From assembly GCA_051362555.1 (NCBI GenBank), contig CM120640.1:30709967-30773966 (forward strand): 64,000 nucleotides of DNA. The letters are read 5' to 3'. Source of the DNA: Lingula anatina. Taxonomy: Eukaryota; Animalia; Brachiopoda. Below the pieces are notes generated by a model, which was given only the letters and a program-made list of their open reading frames with translations, was not told the DNA's origin and searched no databases. Within the stretch, counting starts at the first letter, position 1, and each line of letters begins with the position of its first letter. The translations under genes and the position numbers were made by a program. Below are positions 44,401 to 54,499 of the stretch, piece after piece.

Positions 44401-46000
44401 AATATTTCTGAAATTTGTACAAATGATGCTTAACAACAATTAAAATCTGTGATAAGCTGATCAATTGTCTGTGATTAATGAGAGTGTTTTTTGGGACAAC
44501 ATAGTTGGGAAAACTGAAAATTACATTGAAAAGACTGGCAAATCCCAGGCCTTAAAATAGTTAAACGTTAATAATTTTGTCAAATCTTGTCGAATATTTC
44601 TGAAATTTGTACAAATGATGCTTAACAACAATAGAAATCTGTGATAAGCTGATCAGTTGTCTGTATTGAATGGAAAGTGTTTTTTAGGACAATATATTTG
44701 CGAAAACCAAAAATTACATTGAAAAGACTGGGAATTCGCAGGACTTGAAATAGTTAAACGGTAATAATTTTGTCTAATCTAGTCCAATATTTATGAAATT
44801 TGTACAAATGATGCTTAACAACAATAAAAATCTGTGATAAGCTGATCAGTTGTCTGTGTCTAATGAAAAGTGTTTTTTGGGAAAACATATTTGGGAAAAC
44901 TGAAAATTACATTGAAAAGACTGGCAAATCCCAGGCCTTAAAATAGTTAAACGTTAATAATTTTGTCAAATCTTGTCCAATATTTCTGAAATTTGTACAA
45001 ATGATGCTTAACAACAATAGAAATCTGTGATAAGCTGATCAGTTGTCTGTATTGAATGGAAAGTGTTTTTTAGGACAATATTTGCGAAAACCAAAAATTA
45101 CATTGAAAAGACTGGGAATTCGCAGGACTTGAAATAGTTAAACGGTAATAATTTTGTCTAATCTAGTCCAATATTTATGAAATTTGTACAAATGATGCTT
45201 AACAACAATAAAAATCTGTGAAAAGCTGATCAGTTGTCTGTGTCTCATGAAAAGTGTTTTTTGGGACAACATATTTGGGAAAACTGAAAATCACATTGAA
45301 AAGACTGGCAAAACCCAGGCCTTAAAATAGTTAAATGTTAATAATTTTGTCAAATCTAGTCCAATATTTCTGAAATTTGTACAAATGATGCTTAACAACA
45401 ATAAAAATCTGTGATAAGCTGATCAGTTGTCTGTATTGAATGGAAAGTGTTTTTTAGGACAATATATTTGCGAAAACCAAAAATTACATTGAAAAGACTG
45501 GGAATTCGCAGGACTTGAAATAGTTTTGGGAAAACTGAAAATTACATTGAAAAGACTGGCAAAACCCAGACCTTAAAATAGTTAAACGTTAATAATTTTG
45601 TCAAATCTGCTGGAATATTTCTGAAATTTGTACAAATGATGCATAACAATAATAAAAATCTGTGATAAGCTGATCAGTTATCTGAGTCTTTTTTTTTAAG
45701 TGTCAAGTGTATGGGAATTTGATCAACAGAAGAGTGAGGATTAACCAAAACAAATATTTCAATATTGCAATGTATTATTTACTCTGAAAGTAAACAGCAA
45801 ATGTGATGATTTGAGGTTGTTTGTGTAAGAGGTTGCAAATTACCTATAACTGTCATCTGGAAAACAATATATACGCATACAAGAGTTCTCCTTAGTACCT
45901 CTGCAAGATGCAGATTACTCCTTTCTGGAAGGGGTTGTTGTTATCACAATACTCAACAGGTAAATCTTGCCAAATATCATGTATTGTACACATGGAGAAG
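26500..46000. repeat. Higher-order repeat, 6,234-bp and 2,734-bp blocks (8,968-bp superperiod)
   Basis: A diagnostic deleted monomer (GAAATAGTT|TTGGGAAAAC) lies at 30321, 36555, 39289 and 45523 (spacings 6234, 2734, 6234). ORF-track starts 32971/41939, 34119/43087, 35073/44041 and 28839/37807 all differ by 8968. Confidence 0.92.
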
Positions 46001-46055
46001 ACACAGTGCTGCTCTTGGTGGTATCTTTCACTGCCTGCTTTTTCAGCTTTTTCAT
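45915..46055 (-). CDS. Putative small ORF or coding exon in the cassette (native copy): MKKLKKQAVKDTTKSSTVSSPCVQYMIFGKIYLLSIVITTTPSRKE*
   Basis: Minus-strand acceptor ttgttcttgtttCAG|AGT at 46068/46067, then ACCATGA start context and donor AG|GTACTA after 45899. Substitutions among array copies are mostly synonymous in this frame. No recognisable homologue. Confidence 0.4.
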   Translation of the reverse strand: MKKLKKQAVKDTTKSSTVSSPCVQYMIFGKIYLLSIVITTTPSRKE

Positions 46056-46568
46056 GGTGAGGGTACTCTGAAACAAGAACAATATAACTGAAAGGACTGA
46101 ATTTTGTATTTGTGTCTTCCACAACTGGGTGAGATGAAAGGATATTCCTGCAGCTGCCATTTCCTGTCTATTTCACACATCGGAGTTGTGGTGATTGAAA
46201 TGTGATAAGTTAAAAATGACCTTGTCTTTTGGAGGCTACTGGACACCATTGTGACTGCTGAAACTATCACAATCTCAGACTGATCACAATTAAATCAACA
46301 GAATTCTGTCAAATCTGCTTCGATTATTTGTGGAATTTACACACAAACTAACTAAACACAATAACTTTAGAAATCTGGGATAACTATACCAGGTGGCTGT
46401 GCCTTATTTTGTGAGGAGTAAGATGGGAGAAGTGCAAAAAAAATTATGAAATTTTAAAGAAACGCAAAATATGATCACTGTTTTGTTGATCCATAGGGGA
46501 AGGATAAGAGACAAATTTTGTGTTACATAGCTTGTAAAACAAAACCAAGTGTTTATTTTGTGTATTAC

Positions 46569-46730
46569 CTGCAATCAGTTTGTTCCCATCTTGGAAATGG
46601 GTGACCTGAGGGAAGTCATGTCACTACTCCACTTTAGGTCCAATAAATTTCATCCCAAACTGACCACATCAAGCAGGCCACTACGGAGACACATGACACT
46701 GTACAACAACTGTCAAACTGTGTGTGTGAA
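46569..46730 (-). other. Putative non-coding (5'UTR or lncRNA) exon upstream of the cassette exon
   Basis: Strong acceptor tctttttttttcTAG| and donor CAG|GTAATA; all three frames contain stops. Confidence 0.45.
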
Positions 46731-47224
46731 CTAGAAAAAAAAAGATAAACATTCATTAAATATTCAACAATGGCCAACAGTGATTCACAGAACATGTAAA
46801 TTACAAGGAAAGGGGTGGGATTTAGTTTTTCTTTATTTGCCAGAAGACAAGGCTATCCCCAGTGAGGCCACCAGTTGGACAGCCCATGGCATCAAAAGAC
46901 TATATTTTCAAAAATGGCTGAAGAAATTTTAGGGGAATATATATAATGGCAGGTTGGTTAGTCGGTACTGCCTGTGGACAATCTAGCAAATTATCAGAAT
47001 GTATTTTCTTTCAACAAAATGTCCAGAAAGAGAAGCACATTTTCAGAAAGAAATTTCTTTAAAGACTGTGAATGTCAAAACCAGTATGTTATTAGTACAT
47101 ACATGTACATGTATATGCATGTATGTCTGAACTGGATGTGGTACTCGGCGCACGTCAAACATGGCAGCTTCCTCATCTTCATGGTTTTTGTACTTTCAAA
47201 ACTCAATAAAAAATTGATCCAAAG

Positions 47225-47580
47225 TTTACCCTTTTGCAGATGATGACACTTAAATATTTTGAATAATGTATGATATTGAGGACTGTGCAAAATTACAGGA
47301 GGATATACAAATGAAGTTTACAATTGGACTGAAAACTCACTTCTTAAGTTGCATCCAGATAAATGTAAATCTAAGCACATTTCTAGCTCTAGGACCTCAG
47401 ACAATCATGTGTATAAACTTGGTTCCCCAGGAATAGATCCACATCCAGTCAGCAAAGAAAAGGACATAGGAGTCACCACTGATCATAATTTAACTTTTGA
47501 CCAACATATGAATGAGAAAATTAACAAAGCAAACATAATTCTTGGTACTTTATGCATAACTTTCTCTTACATAGCAATTA
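47225..47580 (+). mobile_element. Degenerate CR1/L2-clade LINE reverse transcriptase fragment
   Basis: FADDDT*IF (RT YADD-type motif) at 47233, followed across frameshifts/stops by EDCAKLQEDI, YNWTENSLLKLHPDKCK and EKDIGVTTDHNLTFDQHMNEKINKANIILG, typical of the CR1/L2 RT C-terminal region. Confidence 0.88.
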
Positions 47581-48664
47581 AGGTAAGAATCACTTTTATT
47601 ATCATCATAGACACCAAAGGGAAACTCTACACTTACATATATAAAATTAAAGGAAGGACCTGGGGTTTTTGAAAAAAAAATTAAAAATTCCATACATTTT
47701 CATGTTATTTTTATGGTGAAATTGCTTTAATTTTGGCAAGCTATGAAAATGAAAATTTGAAAACTAGATCTTTTTTGGATATCATTTTTAAAAAATTAAA
47801 TTTCCACGATTAGGCCCTCTCCTCTTCTTGATCGGGAGTCCATCGGAGATATAAAAGTTACCATATTAAGTAATCATATTAATATATTTGTTTACTTTAT
47901 TATCATTATTATTCATTTACATATTACTTAACAAATATAATGCCCCACAATAGCATCGTGGCACCTGCAGTTCCTTTATGTATATATCATACAAATATAA
48001 TTTACACACTGACATACACTTCACTGTAAATAGCACTTATCACATATCTCTCTATCTCTCAAAAGCCCCGCCCAACTGCCGCATTCAACTCTCATGTCTA
48101 GCAGAACCAGATCACAACAACAAAGTACTCAACCTTCTGTCATCAAGAATCGAGGAATGTCTTTCTACTTATATCATACCTTTATGGAAATTTGTAAATA
48201 TATCTGGTCCTTCATAACGTGTGAGTGTTTCCGCTACGCTGAACTACATGTACGTTTGTAGGTCAAAGAAGTAAAAGAAGACACGCAGTGAATACTCGGT
48301 CACAACCATATATTATATTTAGACCGCCTATGTCTTGCTATGCTCTCAAGTTTTTATATCTTTTGATAATTCATTAAAAAATTGATATAGAATATAATTA
48401 TTGCATAACTATATATATCTCTCTCTCTCTGTTTTTCTTTTCTTTCATTTTTTTTATTCAACTTTTCTGGATTTAAGCACTGCTAACACACCGCATTTTA
48501 AAGATATTCACATTTATACTTATTAAATTACCTTAAAAAGTAAATTACATGCATTTGAATACATCTTAAAGTCATTTGTATGCCTAAAATTCCTGTAAGC
48601 TAAACGTAGGGCCTACTTTATTAAAGGGGTATAATGAGATGCACGTTTATTTTACTGATAGGCT

Positions 48665-48852
48665 CCCAGATAGCATGTCGCCGGTGGGCCGACGTTGGGC
48701 CGCCGACTCCAACTACGTCGGCCCACCAGCTACTGTTGCCGGTGGGCCTACGTTGGCCTGACCATCGGTAGAACGTTGGCCCACCAGCGACATAAAACTT
48801 GAGCGGCCCAACGTCGGCCCACAAGCGACAGTAGCTGGTGGGCCGACGTAGG
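48665..48852 (+). mobile_element. Terminal fragment of a CMC/EnSpm-like non-autonomous DNA transposon
   Basis: Starts CCCAGATAGCA, then about 6 subterminal GTGGGCCGACGT-like motifs in both orientations; a GC-rich island in AT-rich DNA. No matching right end found. Confidence 0.55.
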
Positions 48853-48938
48853 TTCACCGCTTTTATTATTTTTTTCTTTATTATTCATTAATTAATTGAT
48901 TTATTAATTTTTTGATAATTATATTATCATTATTATTG

Positions 48939-48940
<2 letters not shown>

Positions 48941-49000
<60 letters not shown>
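48941..49000. repeat. (AT)30 microsatellite
   Basis: Perfect dinucleotide run. Confidence 0.98.
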
Positions 49001-49004
<4 letters not shown>

Positions 49005-49944
49005 ACAAAACACAATGTGATGTTTCAAGAGTGTTTATTCTTCTGTAATATTAATGTAGCTACATGTTGTATATTTTGCGCAATGCAATACATGTAGGCC
49101 TACTTTCTAACTAACGACGAGGGTCCTATTATATGGGGTGAGGGGGAGGTTCACGGGAAAAATCATCAAATAACAAATTATAGAGAATACATCTCTATTC
49201 ATATCTCATCGAAAATGCGAGCCCGGTAAATTGAAAATTACGAATGACCGAGCATAATTAGTAGGCCCTACGTTTCACGAACGAGAAGGTATAGGCCTAA
49301 AAAGTCACGGGAATGGGATGTTTCAAGAATAACGCTCAATATCAAACAAGTAAAAAATGAAGTGCAGCAAAAGACACATCGAATTTTTTTAAAAATATTT
49401 TATTATTATTTTTTAATTTTACAAACCGGGAGCCGCCAGTTATTTATGTGTGTAAAACATCCCAGGCAATTTCCGAGACATTAGACATCATAATGGCTTC
49501 CTGACAAGTTGCGAATTTTCCACTTTAGTAAAAATAAAATAGATCAATAAGAGTATATGTGAGATGGTACCGGTGCTGTGAGCGAGCGACAGTAAAAAAG
49601 TTTTACAATTGAGTCCGTTCTATATGTTTTTGTCCCCGAATTTTGATTGTAGATTTTCTTTCCAAATCATTATTGTTATGGAAGAAGGGGGAGCAGCATA
49701 AGATCTCAAGATCGAAAGGAGTCCTTGAAGAATGAACAGCTTTGTTAATAGAAATCACCGCCAAATGAATTGACATTTACTGTTTATATACTCTGCAACA
49801 CACATCTTACTACCGCAGAAACACTGTATGTTTTAACATAAATATTAAAATACCAAAGCGCTATTTTAAGGCCGGTGTGCCAACAATAAATCATACATTT
49901 TTTAATTTTATGGTTTACGCTGGTGCATTTTTTTTCTGTCACAG

Positions 49945-50392
49945 ACCGATTAAAACATTCCCAAAACAAAATGACGAAAAAAATGAAACCATGCTCTAGA
50001 GACCGAAGAACACTGCCGTCTTCATGGACGAGAAGCCCACCGCCATCCTTGAAAACGCCAGAATTCAGACTGAGGCAGGCGTGAGATGTCCAAATGAAGA
50101 AAAGGTTGTGCTGAAGGAAGTGAAGAACACTGCCTTATCTGCGGACGAGTTGTCAAACACCGTTTTCGTTGACACTACCGGGGAAGTCATATCTCCAAAA
50201 CCTGGTTTGATGGACATGGTGGACATGGAGCCACCCAACGACATTCTGTTGCCAGCAAAGCCCCATATCCAAAGGGCAAGAAACTCGACAAGAGAAGCTC
50301 CACTTCCTTCATTTGGACTCACTGCCTTAATAAAACTTTTTTACGACCGACGCTTTCTTAGCACTATTGGATATGGTCACTTTACTAAATGA
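49945..50392 (+). pseudogene. Exon-like coding remnant with an internal peptide repeat and one in-frame stop
   Basis: Acceptor ttttttttctgtcaCAG| at 49944. The frame PIKTFPKQNDEKNETML*RPKNTAVFMDE... continues into the 122-aa ORF 50024-50392. GC is elevated; KNTAVFMDE / KNTALSADE / SNTVFVDT recur; TAG at 49997. Confidence 0.4.
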
Positions 50393-51159
50393 TGTGATCA
50401 TATTTTTACCCCATAGTTACTTTTTCTTAATTTAAAAGGGGGGGGGGGGATGGGGGGGCGGCGGCACTTGTCCCGGGGTCCAACTAGTCCGGGTCTCCCC
50501 TATTCTAATTAGTGAAAACTTGTGACGCACACTACACGTTTAGTGTTAAAAGCGGTTTGTTTGAATGGTAGCAGCAGAAGGAGGGGGCGGGGGAAGGAGG
50601 GATATCAAAGAACAAGTCTTTCTTATTTCGTGAGTAGTTTTACGTAAATATAATGAAGTCTTTCATTCCATTCTTATATCATTTCTTTAAAATAAAAGTC
50701 CTGAATTGAGAGTGTGTTTCGCATGGAGAATTATGCCAATTAAGTGGAAATCAGTTGGCTAGGATCCCGGTCAGTGCAAACACATGCATGTTTCACTGGA
50801 TTTTATTCGTTTTGATTTGTGAATGTACGTGTAAGAATAGAAAAAAACATATTTCAATCACACATTTTCTATAAGTCAGTTTGCGCTTCATTCAATAGTC
50901 TAAAAAAAAAACTCGAATCATTTTCAGTTTTCTGCTTTTACAGACTACATGAAGATCTTGAATTTAAGTGTTTATCTTAAAAACATTTAAATTCGGTTAA
51001 AATAACTTTTATATTTCTATAACTCATATTTCCGGTGATTCTGATTTTTTGTGTCTCTTTCTTAAAATCTCCCAAAAAACTTGTCTGTTTGCCCTTCTGC
51101 TAACAACTTCGTTTGGAACGTCATTTCAATTGTGCTGTATCCGGCCTTGTACGTTACAG

Positions 51160-51580
51160 AGATGAACATCACTTCCGGCCAGTTTATTACTCAAGGCAAG
51201 CTAATTTGCATATAAGAGAAAAATACAGTTTTTTTTTTGGTTTTGAGTTGCTTACACATTTCCCATTATCATTAAAAACCAATGCCCTTTTATGAAAAAA
51301 AACTTTGATAGACACGTTCCATTAATTAATCATATCATTTTAAAAGACTTTCGTATCACAGAGGTGAATCAAGTCTCCACGTCCAAGTCGTAAAATTGTT
51401 AAATAGCGCCGATAACTGCACTTGCTCAAAGTAGGTCGATTGCCTGTATAAAAATCCCATACGATTATCGATTTTTGTGTATGGACAGTTTTTGAAGAGG
51501 CACGCAAGATAAAATTATCGAGATGCTATCAAAATAACTGGGACTCTTCTAACCACTTAAATTCAGAGTTTATTAAAACA
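51160..51580 (+). repeat. Diverged interspersed repeat, inverted partner of 54500-54925
   Basis: CATCACTTCCGG..ATTAC..AGGCAA..TAATTTGCATATAAGAG..TTTTGAGTTG, GTGAATCA, TAGCGCC.ATAACTGCA and GTAGGTC.ATTGCCTGTA all recur reverse-complemented, in colinear order, at 54500-54925. Confidence 0.75.
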
Positions 51581-51767
51581 TTTATGGAGTAAAAAACTAG
51601 GCAACTTCAACAAGTTTGCAACGTTTAAAAAAATTGCAGACAATCTAAGTAGAATCAATATTTCATCTATCTCTCCTTAAAATGTTGCAGACCGCGTTAA
51701 CTGTTTTCGCTGTCGAGAATCGCGGGATATGAACCAAACGATAGTGTTGAAGGAACGAGGTTGAGTG

Positions 51768-51769
<2 letters not shown>

Positions 51770-51797
<28 letters not shown>
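51770..51797. repeat. (GA)n microsatellite
   Basis: Dinucleotide run. Confidence 0.95.
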
Positions 51798-51802
<5 letters not shown>

Positions 51803-52102
51803 TCCCGTCACTATTTCCAATCACGATGGTCTTTAGAGCTAGATGCGTGAATATATGCAACTGGAAAAAAATAAAATTTAGAATTCTAACAGTTGAAATA
51901 ATCTTAAAAACACCAAAAGAAGAAGTAGTTCACTTAAATGTATTCTTTTTTTCTATTGTACTTGTATATTATACGGGTATTACTGCTAATCAACTAAAAT
52001 TTATCATCATGAGGTAAATGTCCAGTTTTTAAGAAAGAATTCTCCTTCCCACCCAAACCCTATCTTCTGCCCTTTTCAAATCAAAGAGATAGTGTCTATT
52101 TC

Positions 52103-52573
52103 CAGGGCCGTAGCCTGAGCAAAATGCCAGGGGGGCAGTAAGCGGAAACAAGGGGGCGAAGCCCCCGAGGGGGGAGGGTGTGGGAGGGGGTGTCCCCCTC
52201 CCATGGTGTGGAAAAATTTTTTAAACTGTATGTATAATACTGCATTCTGGTGCATTTTAACTGTTATTTATTGCTCAATCAGAAGTCAGAAATTGTGGGT
52301 TCATTTTGCCATAAGTACAGTCATTTTTTCAACACAACATGCCAACTGGACTTTTCGGCATGAACTGAGTTGGATAAAACAGTACACCTTTGTAAACAGA
52401 TTGTTGAATGATTGTCTAGTGGCCATGACTGTATTTTCTCACAGAATTGATACCAACTTTGCAATTATTTATTTTTTTTACCTTTGCGATTATTTATTAT
52501 TATTATTTTTTTTTGCACCTCAAATCCCAGGGGGGCAGCTGCCCCCCCTGCCCCCCCGGAGGCTACGGCCCTG
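52103..52573. mobile_element. MITE with 14-bp TIRs and 5-bp TSD (hAT5-like)
   Basis: CAGGGCCGTAGCCT ... AGGCTACGGCCCTG, flanked on both sides by ATTTC; GC-rich subterminal regions. Confidence 0.88.
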
Positions 52574-53589
52574 ATTTCTTTGTTCAAATAGACCGCGTCA
52601 ATACTCAAGAGTGCACAGTGTCATACAGTGAAAACGATGTCATGCTCAGTATGTACATTGTGGATGTACCGGCAAAGAAGGCAGATGTTGTTATAAATCA
52701 CTGGCCAGACATTTAGAACAAAATTATTTAATCGAAGATTGGGTAAAATATCAATTGCTAATACATTGACTGGTCGAGCAATGATTCGTATAGTTAACCA
52801 TAAATAACACAAATTTAAAAATAAGCTACGATTTAATACCTCTTGTCTTTCTTAAACGATAACAACCCTTCGAATGAGACCCATATTTCACAATAAATAC
52901 ACTGTAACCAACTTACAGAAATATAATAAATTCTTTTAATCACCAAACGGCAGCTATCACAATTATTCTGGGATCTTTGCTTGCCATCGTACCACATGAC
53001 CTACATAGATGGCTACCCGCTGTAATAATTTCTTAAGGGATTACTTCAAAATAACCAAACTTTTTATAAAATAACAAAATAAATAAATAATAATAATAAT
53101 AATAACAACAGAGACTAACTGTGAATGTCGAAACGGATTCATTAACCATTGGTAAGTACGGGAAAATTGTCATTTACCCCAGGAAAAGCTACCCCCTACA
53201 AGGGCGGTAGATATTGTAGGCAGATTTTCCACCAGCCAGTTTTAGAACATGACCATATTTAACCAGAGACATTATCTGTGAACATCTAGTGAATACTCAA
53301 TCAGTATACCTGGTAGAAGGTAAGAAATTTTTTTTTTGCCACTGAACAAGTAAAACATATTGTGATATGTTTATTGTGTTGCCCAACCGTATCCAGGTTT
53401 TGAGCTAAATTTGACAACACCGTTGCTTGGAAGGGATGGGGGAGGCCGGACGGATGGTCTAAAAAGATATTAAAACATGTTGAAAATTTTCTGAATTTGA
53501 TTTTGTTGTCGTTGGACCTACGTGGATTTGATTGACTCTGCAGCTAAAATGCTAAAATGAAAACAAGCAAATTATTTTTCACCTTGCCT

Positions 53590-53616
<27 letters not shown>
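53590..53616. repeat. Poly-G tract
   Basis: About 27 consecutive G. Confidence 0.9.
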
Positions 53617-53622
<6 letters not shown>

Positions 53623-53712
53623 GGGGGGCACAGGGGTCTTTGGAAAATATAAACTTACTAATTGAGAATTTTTCCCACTTACCATATCATTATCATTCGA
53701 ATAAAATAAAGT

Positions 53713-53945
53713 CATAGGCGTAGGAGGAGAGGGGCTTGATGGACCCCCCCCTCACTTTTTAACCACTCATTCAAAGGCTTAAGTACAGTTAAAGGGAAGT
53801 TCATTTTCTGGTTCTTTTAACCACCAGTTTCACGCACAAATAAAATCAATGTATTAGCACAGCTGCTTTTATCAGAAGCTGAGACACCAGTCAAGCGAAT
53901 CCTTACTACATTAACATAATTTGCTGTTGCCCCCCCTCCACCTTT

Positions 53946-53984
<39 letters not shown>

Positions 53985-54124
53985 TATCTAAAGAAAATTT
54001 TATCGCAACTCGCAATGTTATCGCCAAATACCAGTATATCAATGAGCCACTGTCGTGTAGTCTACGGTATTTGCCGGTCGATGCAGGTCGATCAAAGAAA
54101 GAAAATCCCAAATAGTGTTTTACA

Positions 54125-54162
<38 letters not shown>

Positions 54163-54341
54163 TAATAATGATGTTAAAGATTAATCAGTGAAGGCCTTGG
54201 GGAGCCGGACCAGGCTGGAAATAGTGCTGCAATCACTGCCTTCACTAAGACTGCTGAGGAATCGCATTAGATATATGCTACCCCCCCCCCCCCCCCCCCC
54301 CCGGTCCCGTTTCGCCCCACATCCCGGCTCCTACGCCTGTG
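53713..54341. mobile_element. Old MITE with CATAGGCGTAGGA-type TIRs
   Basis: CATAGGCGTAGGAG ... CTCCTACGCCTGTG (1 mismatch); internal (TTTA)n, (AAT)n and poly-C; no TSD recognisable. Confidence 0.6.
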
Positions 54342-54499
54342 TATCAAAACTATCGTTGGCTGGTTCGTCTTCTGCCGGGAGTTGAACAGTTAATGTGGTC
54401 AACAAATTTTTAGGGAGAGACAGATGACATAGAGAGGTGTCGTGGTGTCTGCAAAGTGCTACACGGTGAAACTGGAAATGTGGGTTATTTGTACACTTT

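Larger units (their letters stand above)
1..46101. repeat. Composite satellite array: ~192-193-bp AT-rich monomers interspersed with a ~460-bp flank-derived cassette; open at the left window edge
   Basis: Monomer AAATAGTTAAACGTTAATAATTTTGTCAAATC...ATTTGTACAAATGATGCTTAACAACAATAAAAATCTGTGATAAGCTGATCAGTTGTCTG...GGACAACATATTTGGGAAAACTGAAAATTACATTGAAAAGACTGG repeats head-to-tail with period 193 (about 14, 207, 400...) up to ~45,678, followed by the last cassette copy. Confidence 0.98.
503..46101. repeat. Interspersed ~460-bp cassette, 29 full + 2 truncated copies
   Basis: Approximate copy starts: 503, 2023, 4123, 6043, 7418, 9146, 10872, 12590, 13932, 17192, 17762, 20648, 21796, 23522, 24478, 26592, 27740, 28694, 30475, 32393 (truncated), 32826, 33974, 34928, 36708, 37662, 39442, 41358 (truncated), 41794, 42942, 43896, 45676. 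Each begins TTATCTGAGTCTTTT..TAAGTGTCAAGTGTATGG, and full copies end ...AACTGAAAGGACTGAA. Confidence 0.95.

Noticed and set aside
45990-46055. Resemblance of KKLKKQAVKDTTKSST to the N-terminal helix of Crypton/DUF3504 or DIRS tyrosine recombinases
   Set aside because: Too short, lacks the following conserved aromatic residues, and no catalytic domain is seen nearby; would need an HHpred hit.
1-46101. CRISPR-like repeat/spacer array
   Set aside because: No unique spacers, units of 193 and 460 bp, no cas genes, eukaryotic context.
45892-46122. Alternative minus-strand frame EYPHHEKAEKAGSERYHQEQHC... as the cassette's coding frame
   Set aside because: Open only in the terminal copy; the common variants create TAA stops in this frame but are synonymous in the MKKLKK frame.
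49118-49335. Possible transposon end with recurrent TCACG motifs
   Set aside because: No matching second terminus or TSD identifiable.
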